A DNA stretch of 64,000 nt, from positions 4,461,962 through 4,525,961 of the forward strand of contig CAVNZM010000007.1 of the NCBI GenBank assembly GCA_963693365.1, given 5' to 3'. The DNA is from Amoebidium appalachense (taxonomy: Eukaryota; Protista; Ichthyosporea). Of the stretch, positions 29,736 through 42,719 are shown one piece after another (within the stretch, counting starts at the first letter, position 1; the number at the start of each line of letters is the position of its first letter). A model generated the notes under the pieces. The model ran no database searches. It was not told where the DNA came from and worked only from the letters and a program-made list of their open reading frames with translations. The position numbers were made by a program, and so were the translations under genes.

Positions 29736-31097
29736 TTTGCCCAGCAGGCATGGCCGGCAGCATACCGCCTGCAGGCTTGGTTGTGGCGGCCTCGCCGGGC
29801 TTCTTTGCGGCCTTGGGCTGGCTCAAGGCACCGCTGCCGTAGGCCTTGTTGTATGCCGAGCTGTTCTCTGCCCCCCGAGACCTTAGCACACCCCCAGTCC
29901 CAGCCTTGCAAGCACACAGCCCCGTCTGCAAGGGGCACGGCTGCTCCAACGGCACGGTGTGGCCTGGGCCCCTGCCTGCCCTGGCCCAGGCAACATAACA
30001 CACCACGGCAGACGCTGCATGCCGTGCCTTTGCCATACCCCACCCAAGAGCTCGACAGGCAAAGTAGGCACCGGCAGAGGCCCCCCACCAACAAAACAAA
30101 CCGCCCGCTTGGCCCCAAGTGGCTCTAAGCAGCAGCACGAGCACCGCAAGGCCTGCCTGTCTCCCCCTGCCCTGCTCCACAATGCATCCTCTACGACCAG
30201 CATAGCAACACATCACTTCCCACGGGCCCTTCTGCCCAAGTCTTTGCATCACCTGCCTGACGTGCAGGTTCACCACCCCTTCCCCTTCCGTTTTTGCACA
30301 CACCGTCCTACTCACCCTTCCATGGCCCCTTCATATGCCACAGATCCACAGTGCCCCTCCCGGTAGTGCCCCTCTTCCCCTCCCTCTTCCCCCCTGCCCC
30401 TCCCGCCACAACCCACCGCCCACCAACCCCAACGACACAAGCACAAGCTTGCCTGCACCACTACGGACCCAGCAGCCCCCCACGTACCATAGTTGCCCTG
30501 CCTCTGCCAGGGACACACACACAGACCGCAGCACTTCTCCATCTCCTGCATCTCACCCTCGGCCTTCTTCATTCCTGCATTGATCTTGTCCATGTCCCTC
30601 TCTACGTTGTTGAGTTGCTCTGTGAACCCACCATCGCAGCCCTGGTCACCATCAACAACATCCACCAAACCCCATGGTCGGATACCATCCCCCTGCCTCC
30701 TCCTCCCCCCCCCCCCCCCCCCACACACACACACAAACACTCACACACAGACAATGTGACATCAAACACGCCTGCGCACCCATTCGCCCAAAATCCTCCT
30801 CCGGAAAGAAAAAAACAGCTCCTAAAGCACTCGCCACGGCCAATACACGTTCTTTCCCACCCTTCATCGTGCATGTTCTCACCACACGCATCCAGGCCTG
30901 CCACCCTCAACCCCACCAAAACCACACACCTCCCTGAGCCTCGAGCTTGTTGAGTGTTGCCCCGCCCACTTGTTCGCTCTCTTCAGCCATCTGCCTGATG
31001 CGCCGAGTCCTGCAGCCCCCCTCCCACTTCTCAGTAGCCGCCCACTTCCCCCTCCAAGCCGTGCGGACAACCTTGCGACACAACATTCATATGTAGC

Positions 31098-31129
<32 letters not shown>

Positions 31130-31334
31130 CCCCCTCCCCCCCTCTCCCCCCCGGTTTCCCCTCCAATTCCCCCTCTTCGGGCTGGCAGCCTGCCGCCTCA
31201 AACACCCGCCCAAGTGGCAAACCCACAACCGGCCGAACAGGTGGCACCTACGCGGCCAGCGACTCGTTTGTGATCTCGTCTCCCTTCTGGCGCAGGGCCT
31301 GCACGGCCTCGGCCTCGCTGTTGTTTGCTGCCAT
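29320..31334 (-). CDS. SNAP25: SNAP-25-type Qbc SNARE, 6 exons
   Basis: DEITNESLAATRRIRQMAEES...LEAQGEQLNNVERDMDKIN (Qb), CCGLCVCPW palmitoylation cluster, and VTNDAREDEMEENL...QNQQLDRVNIKADSN (Qc). Confidence 0.93.
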
Positions 31335-34330
31335 CCTGCTGCCCCTTTACGGTCAGTGTCCTCACAAGCACACAGGCTGAGCAGCACACTCGCACGCCCT
31401 CTACCCGTATAAAAAGCAGCACGTATAGCGAAGAACAGTCACAGTTTGGGCTACAAGCTAGCAAGCACAAAAAAAGAGAAGCAGCTCGAGCCAGCACGGA
31501 TCCACTGCAGCAAGCAGCAGCAAGATGCACGGAAGAGTTAAGACACGCCAGTCAGAACGGACCGCAGATCGGCCCGTTTATAGTGCAAGTACTATTTGAT
31601 ACTTCAGAGCGGTAGAGGGAAAGGCAGCGAGCCACACGCTATAAACCAAAGCTGTGGAGATTGAGCTGACGAAGCACCAATGCAAGAAAGAAGAGACGCA
31701 GGAAGCAGAGGGTTGCCAAGCCAAGCACTAGCGGGGTCAGGCTGCTGGCGGACAAAACACCTGCAGAAAAAGAAGCTCCAAGCAGGCCAACGCCAGCCAG
31801 TGGGTCAATGAGGAAAACACGAGGATCGACAACCAGACGCGAAAGAAACAGCTGGGGTTCAAACTACAAGGCCTGCAGCAAGCAACAAGAAGAGTGGCCG
31901 ACGGCAGTGTTGGCAGAACCTGACAGACACGCAGCAGGCAGTAAGCGAGCACTGGGCACCGAGCAGCAGCACTTGCAGTGGCAGTACGCACCTTGTGTGT
32001 AGCTACGTGCACTTTGTGTCTCCTCTCTTCTCTGGCAGGCCCCTGGGGCACTCTCTCTTCGCTCCTCACAACAGGGTTGAAGTGCTAACGAGTCTTTGAG
32101 TCCAAGATCTTTTCTGCTGCCGGCCTGCCATTGGCCAGCCAAGTTGATAAAAACGCAGCAACTTACGGGCCAGGATTGCGGCCCGTACTCTGATCCAGTC
32201 CGGGCCAAAGCCGAACGGTGTAGGGGTCCGTGTTCCGACCGTCCTTGGCCACTGGTGGGAACACCAAAGTCTCGGGGGACACTCTAAAGGTGCGGGCAGG
32301 CGCAGCTAGTCTTATAGAGGGTTGCATGAACTTATCATGCAGCACAGGCAACTATAATTGCATGTGTGGGAAAAACGATCCAACTGTCCGCACATGGGCC
32401 GAGCCACGATCTGATGATGACCCGAACCGATCTGCGGTGGAATGTGGGATTTATTTTCCTGTGTCGTCTCACCTTTCTTGCCGCCCGTGTCTGTCTTGAG
32501 TCCTCCGTGCAGCGCTGTAGACTTTGGCAGGCAACGTTCTGTGCTTGCATGTGAGAGGCGAGAGTGGTGATCTTGGATCTGGTGCCATAAAAACGATGAA
32601 CTATCCTGTAAGGGTGCACCGTAGCAGTGCCGCTCTAACATTATTAAACATGTACACACCGTCAGATGAGTCAAAATTAAACCCCCTTAGCAGGCAGCTC
32701 CCGTGATTCGCAAACTCTCCCACCGATGCACACGCATCCTGACACTTCTGGATTTAACTCTGCCTTGTAACAACGTATACCGGGCTCAGGTCCGTATGCC
32801 ATGTGCCTGTCGTATCGAGGGCCAATGTGGAAACATTGCAGCAGTTTGCTCTGGGTTCAAACAAGACATATATACAGTTCCACGTTCAGAGTTGCCACTC
32901 CTGAAATCTTTATAAAGAGGGTTGCCAAGCAGACATGCCCTGAACGATGCCATCATTGGTATTAACCTGGGCCTTCCCAAGAACTACCCATTGCAAAAAA
33001 TATGCGAAAGTTTATTTAGTGACTGGCAAGATTTATGCAGACACAAAACATAAAAAGCATCTGACCCCACACGCCACAGTGAACGATGTGCCTGCGGGCA
33101 CCACCCCCATTCCATCTACCTTGCCTTGCCAGCCCATCAAAGAATCATGGGCCATTGAGGTCCCCGTGCCCGTCATCAAGAATCTCAGCTAATTGGAGCA
33201 CACACATGATCTCGTGATAGTGGGCATAAAAAAATCCCGCTGTATGGAGGCCTTTGAAACTGTCCGCGCCATCAAGCACTCTGGGTGTAATAGCTTGCTG
33301 CCTGATGCCTGCTGTCCTTAACTGTTGCTCCGAGCCCCAGGGCAAGAACAGCCTGTGCCAGAGCCGTGGCCATGGCAAACAATCACTAGGCTAGGCTGGT
33401 GCTGATCCTCTGGGTGTGTATTGATAGCCCAGTGTTCGGGGTTTCCAAACAGGTCACCGTTTAAAGCCTTCGGCCTAGCCCTTGCAAGGTCCTTACCGTG
33501 TTGCTCGCTCATGGCACCCCCCTGCGTGCTGAGACTAGGCCCATCAGCAAGGCATAGTAATTAACGGCACACCTCTTCACCATGGCCGCCAGCAACCTTT
33601 GTTCCTTCACTGACATAACCATCCGAGATTTCAAGACAGTGCCAGCACCAGAAACCACGTCGTACTAAGTTAAATGAGGCATGCAGCAACCGCATAGAAC
33701 AATGCAGGAGCTCACCTACTTCAGACACCAAATTCAGGCCACCCCCCTGCCAGCTGCCGCCTCCTACATACATCGCTTGCCATCCCACCACTCCAGTTAC
33801 ACCTCCATGCCCACCAAAGTACAGCCGGCAACAACCCGCATCCACCCACCACCAGCATAGCACTGCCTCCCCGCCCCCGGACTCCCCCCTTCCCCTCCCT
33901 CTCCCCACCCCCTCCCCCCCCACCCACCCCCTCCCCCCCCCCCCCCCCCCCCCTCCCCCCAACCCACCTCCCCTCCTCTTCCCCTCCGAGCCTACTCTTT
34001 TCACCGTGCCCCACACATAAAGGCCAGTCCAACCACGGGAATGCCTATCTTGGTTTCACCTGACCAGGCCAGGGTCGAAGACTACCATAAGGAGAATACC
34101 ACACGCTCATGTTTGATCGCGTGACTCTTCGACATACTATCCGGATACAGCGTCCCCATCCCTGATGAGTTGATCATAGAGGAGAAGGGGGAGGGGGTGA
34201 AAAATTATTTAAGTATTCGGGGCAAGGACAGGGAAGCAGAGACACAGTGGTGCAGTGTAAAAACACCACGAATGGCACTTATGGCGGACGGTACATCGTG
34301 AACAACCAAGGAGCCGTAGCACACTTGAAC

Positions 34331-34404
34331 CAGTCGCACACATCGATTCAGTCGCACACATCGATTCAGTCGCACACATCGATTCAGTCGCACACATCGA
34401 TTCA
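34331..34404 (+). repeat. Four tandem 18-bp units CAGTCGCACACATCGATT
   Basis: Direct inspection. Confidence 0.9.
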
Positions 34405-34509
34405 AATGTCGCTCTTTATTATCTGCTAATAAATAGTATCCTTCGCGCATCCACCCCTAAACCAGGCCATCCGTGGCCCTAAGGGCCGGGGAACACCCCC
34501 ATCCATGTC

Positions 34510-35694
34510 ATGGCACATGCCTATAATCGTTTCAGAACCTCTTTCAAAGTTCCATCTACACCCATCACACATGTGCGACCATTAAAACGTCCAGCAGATA
34601 CACCTACCACAGATGCACAACCAGAAAAACATCGCCTTAGACTAAGCGCAACACCTATTTACAATACACTACCCATTCAGAATAACACCACACCACTCCG
34701 TAGAAACACAATAACAACCATGCCGAAACTTTCGGTTGATACAGTACTGGCAGAACTTGCCCTCGTTAAGAAACAGCTAAATGAGCTGTTACCACTCAAG
34801 AACATGATAGAAAAACTCCAAACAGAAAATACCCAACTCAAGCTCACCATTGATTCACTCACAGCCCAGCTAAACATTAGTGGATCGCAAAACCCCAAAA
34901 CTCATGAGCAAACATCTCGCGACGGAGACATTTCCACCCCAACACAAAACAACACAGGACTGGAAGCACAGCTCCCGGCAGAGTTCCTAGAATATGCGAA
35001 CTCTCGTAAAACACCCGAGCTCCGCCAAATTGCCAAGGAAACATATGCCAGCATTCTTGCAGGCAACGAGTACCGCCGCAACTCCCCTCCCAAACCGCCG
35101 GCTAAGGGGAACACCCAAGCAAACGGTAACATCAACATCCCACCCAAATACGAGAGGGTGTATTTCAAAGTCAAGCACGGCAGACGCCCACACAGGGCCA
35201 TGTGGTCCATCTTCAAGGCTCTCGGCTTCCGGTGCTCTCGCATCCTTTGTCTGTCCTTCATTGGATACGATGTGCTGGAAGTAGCAGTACGGGGCGACTA
35301 TAACCGTGCGTTCATCCGTGACGCGACAAAGGGGTGTGGAAGCTTCTTCACCCACCTCCCAAGCTACGACCCATGCGCGCCGGAAAACATTCAGAAAGCA
35401 GACAAAGAACGTAAAGTGTCTGCTAAGAATGCGTGCGCCACACGTTGTCGTGTACGCATCAGCAAGGCAAAAGAGTTCCTCGCAAAGTTGGAAAACGATG
35501 CTACGAGCGTGATAGACACGGACACGAAGGAACCAATGTTTTCTGGTGAGAAACTGCTCGAGCGCAAACGCCGATGCGAGATGGAAATCGAGCTCTTCTG
35601 CGAACTGTTCGCGCTGGCGGAAGGTCGTGCATACGACCCCGTAAGCGACAAGTGGGAACCAACCCCACAGGTGTCGGACCAAACCGATGCCTAA
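34510..35694 (+). CDS. LINE ORF1 (coiled-coil nucleic-acid chaperone), 394 aa
   Basis: Intact ORF directly upstream of ORF2, with a heptad region LAELALVKKQL...LKLTIDSLTAQL. Confidence 0.8.
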   Translation: MAHAYNRFRTSFKVPSTPITHVRPLKRPADTPTTDAQPEKHRLRLSATPIYNTLPIQNNTTPLRRNTITTMPKLSVDTVLAELALVKKQLNELLPLKNMIEKLQTENTQLKLTIDSLTAQLNISGSQNPKTHEQTSRDGDISTPTQNNTGLEAQLPAEFLEYANSRKTPELRQIAKETYASILAGNEYRRNSPPKPPAKGNTQANGNINIPPKYERVYFKVKHGRRPHRAMWSIFKALGFRCSRILCLSFIGYDVLEVAVRGDYNRAFIRDATKGCGSFFTHLPSYDPCAPENIQKADKERKVSAKNACATRCRVRISKAKEFLAKLENDATSVIDTDTKEPMFSGEKLLERKRRCEMEIELFCELFALAEGRAYDPVSDKWEPTPQVSDQTDA

Positions 35695-38600
35695 TTTATC
35701 CTTCTTCTTATGGAATGCTCGGACACTGGGCCCCCAAAAGGGCCTCCCCCCCCGGGACACTCGACGATAAAATCAGCTACATACAACAACAGACAAACAA
35801 CCACACGTTTACAGTGATTTGCGAAACACAGTTTAAAAACCACCACAAATTCAACTCTACATTGGTCGACACATCCACACACCCCGGTTACGCGAAAAAC
35901 CGAGGCATTATTGTACTTGCCGCACCACACGTGAGAGTGAAGTGCAAACCGGTAGCAAAAACGGAATTCTCGGTTTCTATAGAGTTTCTTTCTAATGTTT
36001 TTACTTTTGTATATTACCCACCATCTATGTCGGTTGTCGAATTGACTCACGAGTTGTCACAGTTACCAATGTCCACTGTTATTTTAGGTGATTTTAACAC
36101 GCGACTCCACCACACAGACACACTGCAAGTGAGTGTCGGGTACCCATCTAAGCCCCCGGAGCGTGCTATCCCTTTAGCAAGGTATGTCCAAAGTCACACT
36201 TTGCGGTTCCCTCAAATATCCCATGCCCACAACACCGACTGGGGAGTGGCCTTTTGGCCATCAACCATGTCAAAACTCTCTCTCCCTCCTAACCTCTCTA
36301 GGTCATCTGACCACTCTCCTATCCTTTTCCTACCTAAGATCTCCCTTGATCTGCTCCCCCCTCCCCCTCCCACCTTTCGCCTCCGTCTATCCCAGCTTAA
36401 GTCACAGTGGGGTAGAGTTGATGTATGTGTATGCTATGCTACGAAACACCCTATATATATGCGCCTATTAGAATCTGCACAAGCCAGGCCAGATTCACAT
36501 CTCGTACTAGATACATGCACTAACTTTATTGTTGATGATTTGATAGATCTCGGTGATTATGCTGGCGGTGGTAGGAAGGAATATCCCGATGCTCTCTTGT
36601 TACCAAACACCACTCCCGCTAGACTAGGTGAACCCCTGTCTCAAAAGGAAAGCTTGCGCCGGCTTGCTAGTATGAATCGATTTGGCCCCCCTGCTCGTAT
36701 TATTGGTGATACCACTGGAGACCCCCTCATAGACTCTGATAAGTATTTCTCGGAACTGTTTAAAGATAGGACCCCCGCTCAGAAACCTATTGTGTGGCCT
36801 GTAGACCCATCTATCCCCATAGAATCGATCCTCCCCTTTTTCAGTCCCGATGCCATATGGTCTGTGATATCTAGTTATAGCTCTAGTAAGTCTTGTGGAC
36901 CTGATGGACTCCCTGCTGGGTTTCTTAAAATCCTTGTTCCCTCCTACCCACAAAAGGAAAGTGATCGTGCTATTAAACCTGATCTTACTATCATGTTAAG
37001 CTCTCTCTTTTCTTGGTGTGTTAAATGTGGACATGTCCCGTCATCTTGGTTAGATACCTTAGTGATCCCCATAGTTAAGAAGGACTCTGAGGGCCCCATA
37101 TCATCCTTTCGCCCCATTACACTAACCCAGGTTGTTCGTAGATTCTTTGAAGCTTGCTTACTTAGGTTATTTGCACATCACCCTAGGTTTCAATCTATTC
37201 TTCACATACACCCATGCCAATCCGCTTTTCGTAAAAACAATTCATGTTATGTTCAAATAATGGCACTGCACGATTCTATGCAAGTTGGTGCACAATATGT
37301 TGGCTTTATTGATTGGAAAACTGCTTACGATTCTGTCTCCCCTGGTCTCCTATGGGAAAAGCTTGCTGCACGGGGTGTACCACACTGCATTGGTGTTCTG
37401 TTAGAAGCACTCTTGTCTCAAACCTATGGTAGAGCTGTGGTTAATGGGCATCTTTCATATGGTTTTGCTCGTACTAGAGGTCTCTTGCAGGGTTCATTGC
37501 TTAGCCCCTTTTTGTTTAACCTATTTATAGATGATTTGGCTGTCAAGATTTACGCCGAAAACGATGACCCTATTAATAACTTTCCGCCTGCACTTCTCTA
37601 TGCTGATGATCTGTCCCTCCTTGCCCGTACCCCTAGACGCCTGCAAAGATTGTTCGATGTAGTGTCAGAGTGGTGCAAGGCAAACCTTATGATCCTTAAC
37701 ATAGACAAATGTGGTGTTCTTGTACCTGATATAGCTAACAATTTACACACATTTACATTATCATCTAAACCTGTACCTATAGTTCCAGAATACAAATATC
37801 TTGGTGTTCCGGTTGATTCTGTTGGTGTTATGTTTCCCCATATGGTCGAAAAGAGGGTAGAGTTGGCTCGTAAGCGGTTAGCTTTCTTCTCGGCTAATAT
37901 TTTTAAAGACACACCCCTCCATCCTTCTATTAGACTTACATTTATTCGCACTTTTGTCTTCCCGGCATGTGAATATGGTTTACCCCTTCTCGCCGCTTGG
38001 ATCAAGAAAGAGAGAACTAGAGCGCTTAAACCCTTGGCAAATTTCCTTGAAGCAGAAGTTGCCTCCTTTCTATCTAACAACTGTTGTAAACCTGGGCCTG
38101 TAACGCTCTCGATATATGGTCTGGTCCCAATAGCTGCTAGAGTATCCTATCTCGCGCTGAAATTCAATAAGCACATAAGCCGCTTAAAGAAGTATTTGCC
38201 CTCCCACCCTCTCTTCTCTATCCGACCTGTCCCCTCCTCACCTCTCCCCTCTTTCCTCCCCTCTCTCTCCCCTTCTCCCCTGGGCACAAATACAAATAAA
38301 CCCCGCAATAGTGTGTGTGTGACTTTGGACTGCCACTTACTTATTAAACATGTACACAATCACAAGATAATCACGCAATATAACAAATGGAAAAAGATAC
38401 CACACGACACTAGACCCGATGAAAGCATACACCTTGAAAAACTAAGCCTTATGTCTCGTTTTATATATACTGACCGCCTCAACCATATTGCCAAATATGG
38501 CACTCGCAAGTGTATAACACCTAAATACATATTACCTTCCTGTAGAACTGGTCTTTCTCTAGCTGATGGTATTATTGATCAATTACCACGCTTTTACTGT

Positions 38601-38888
38601 ACACGTGCTATACAGTGGAGATCTAATAAGTATAAGGTGGCATCATTTGCATGCCCAAACACAAACAACACACACACACACCAGTTTAACCGGTCATGTA
38701 TCGCCAAATGTAGTTTGATAGACCACATAATACCGCAACACACACACGTCACATTCACAACAGACACCCAGAAAGATAGCCTACCTGTAAATTACAACAT
38801 CCTTGATTTTATACTAAACACGCGTAACTACGACCTGTTTATTAGATGTATTGATTGGCTTGAGAAACACATCACTACAAAATTATAG
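35687..38888 (+). CDS. LINE ORF2: APE endonuclease, reverse transcriptase and Cys/His C-terminus (one extra C near the 5' end)
   Basis: ICETQ, YYPP, GDFN and SDH (APE); GPDG, FRPITL, QGSLLSP, YADD and YKYLG (RT). The N-terminal FLWNAR motif starts at ATG 35687 in another frame. Confidence 0.92.
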
Positions 38889-38908
38889 CGCACGCGCACA
38901 CACACACA

Positions 38909-38965
<57 letters not shown>

Positions 38966-38997
38966 CCAGCTGATACCGAGTGTCCCGAGGGGAGCCC

Positions 38998-39032
<35 letters not shown>

Positions 39033-40389
39033 GGGGAACCCCAACTAATTGATTTCTCCTTGTAGTCTTTATGGTGTCTCGTAGAGAAAGTAAACCCTGA
39101 TATATAGTCACCACCCGACATCTATGTACGTGATCATGATATACCGCTGAGGGGATATTCCGAGCAAAACCCCCCCCCCATACCTGAGACTGGTTCTCTT
39201 TGCCTCGAGTAAACAGCGTAAACCCCTTTGACTTTGCTTCGACTAAGCAGTATTCTGAGTGCACGTCCGACTTATCAAGTAAGCCACGCACAGATGGGCA
39301 ATATGGATCGTGATATACAGCCAATCAGATAGCAATATGAACTCGCCATAGTCAGTTTCGCAGTCATGTACATCATGTACAACCTAGCAAAACAACTGAC
39401 AAATGGATAATAATAAAGTGGAAACGTCTATATAGTTATTCACATAAATATACAAACATTGAATCTACTTGATCACAATATTATTACCATGGTCTGATAT
39501 GTGCACAGCTCTTGGCGTGCAGGTGTAGTACGTCAGGAACGCGTACCTACACTAGACCTATGAGAATGGAGGGAACAACAACGTGTAAAGAAGGACGAGA
39601 CTTGTACTACAGGATCTGACCGTTGTTCCCTACACAGGGGAATGACGTCTTTATTCAGGCGCCGTCGGATATCATTCTGATGAGCGTGAGCCACTGAGGC
39701 TCACGCGCCCTCAGACCGGGTCATCCTGATCCGGTTCGGGCCAGATCGGCCCGGCAGTCGCCGGTCCTCATTACAAACGTGTACCTAAGGGGCAAATGAT
39801 TGGATACTGAGGAAGCACAGCGTTTCACTGAGAGAGGGAGAGAGAGAGGAACAGATAATATATGATTTCTACAGAGTATATACTGTAGTAATACAGTTCG
39901 TTTTATAATAAAATACTTGTTGCATATATCGTCTTGTCAAGTATCCCTTGCATCCAAAGGTCACTTGAGTGCAAAGTGTTCTGCTGCACAGTGCAGTGTG
40001 CAGAGGTAGCAATATTATCACGGTACGAGCCCACTATGTACTGCCACTAACATGAAACAAGTCGAATTAGATGCTTGTTACTTAACTGTATTGTTTTTCT
40101 TTCTCTTGCTCACGGATAAAAGAAATGCAAACCCGGCAGCTCTCTTGCTATTCTAAGCCTTTGTACATCTACCCGTCTGCTCTCTCCCTACACAAGTTCT
40201 GTGCCGAAGCTGCTAATTATATCTAACGTTACGTTGTCTTAGGCTAGTACTAACCCGGACCGTGCGTGTTTGCAAACCGCCACTGCACCAAAAGAGGCCG
40301 GTTAATATACTGTGCCATTTTTCGTTTGTTACACAGGGTAAGTGTGTGTGTGTATTGCGCATGTGTGTGTACTGTGTGTGACTGATTAA

Positions 40390-41270
<881 letters not shown>

Positions 41271-42719
41271 TGCACGCACACGCGTTCAGGTGTGAGTGTA
41301 TGTCGACGTCAGTGAAGGTGTACGTTGTTATGCTCTCACTGTTGTAATACGTAGTATTTACATATGGTAAGATCTTCTCAGTTTGTGTTATGTTTCAGTT
41401 CATATGCTTAGTGTAAATGCCACACTCCCATTATGTAAAGTGTAGCATCGATCTCCGATATGCTTGTATACTTGTAGTCGTGTTGTATCGGCTTTAATCG
41501 TGTATTGTAATATCAATTAGATTATTTATGTGTGTACACGGATCCACCCACTCAGGGAGAGACGTGTACATGTTTGTGTGTACATAAATATCTCTGGTTA
41601 TAGTTATACTATTACTGTCTTGTTTGTTGATCTGTGCTCTCTTTTCCTTTCTCTTTCTCCTTCCTTGTTTTCTTTTCTTTCCCTCCTTGTCTTCATGTGT
41701 ATAATCCGTTTCTTTTCTACTAATATATGTTAGGTAGATTTGTGTTACTTAATATGTGTTGATTGGACGGTAACACACTTAGGCTACACTTAGAATAACA
41801 TGTGTGATTAGACTTCATTAATTTACTTTAGTTTTCATGTGTTGCCGGGCTTTAACCAATCATCAAGGTTAAGTGTGATATTTCTGAGTCTTTGCAGTGT
41901 GTCATAGGTTAGAACTTCCTTGATGATGACCCGAGTTGATCTTAACTAATGTCTGTGTCCTATCTGTAAACAGTTGAACTAGTTGGGATAAGGCAGAGAA
42001 CAACTGAATCAGAATAAAGACAGAGAACGGGTAGTAAGGCACACGCGGCCAGGTTACTATTTAATGTGCTCGTTCAGAGTGATCCCCCGTACTGGGACGG
42101 CTTGTTTATATAGCCCCCAGGTTCCGGATCATCTGGATGGGTGGCATTGATGCCTTCGTAACTTCTGACCAGTCAGAAGAGTGCGGTCGTCTTTATGTGC
42201 ACACAGTGCACCAATAACATGAAGCTAACTAAAAGGATAACTTTGTGGCAAATGATTGGTCAATACTTAAGCCCGTTTAGGTTTATGCAACTGGGTCTGA
42301 TTTCCTTATTGGTTCCGTTCGTTTAGCTATAGATGTCGCCTCCGTAGTGGATGAGACTTGCATTCCTATCCTAGCGGTTCTCGAATTCTATTGGTTCATA
42401 CTGACTGCACGGCCACTGCATATTGCCGGCGCCGCGGCTCAGTCGTGAGCCGCAGCCCGCGGCTGTCGCGTGTGATATTGATCTGATCATATGTACACAA
42501 TATCTACATGATCACTATGATATGTACAGTATATTCGTAATAGTAAACATGTACGGCGTGTACAGATGTTTACACTATCGTGTACGTCTCCGCGTACCAG
42601 ATCTCTCTGAAAGCAATTGGTTCTTAGTGATTGGTTTCTATTAGAGACAGATCTGATTTCCAACTGGTCGGAAATCATGTATGGATTAGACTAAGAGGAA
42701 TTTCAGGTATTTATTCGAA

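Larger units (their letters stand above)
34495..39031 (+). mobile_element. Near-complete non-LTR retrotransposon (APE endonuclease + RT; ORF1 + ORF2)
   Basis: Two ORFs, a 3' UTR with (CA)n and a short hairpin, poly(A) at 39002-39031, and a candidate 8-bp TSD CGGGGAAC at 34487-34494 and 39032-39039. Confidence 0.9.

Noticed and set aside
31600-34180. Coding-like sequence with many stops (possible decayed retroelement or gene)
   Set aside because: No recognisable motif in any frame; needs tBLASTx.
34162-39684. CTGATGAG motifs at 34162 and 39677 as hammerhead ribozymes
   Set aside because: Neither has GAAA after stem II or a stem III/UH site.
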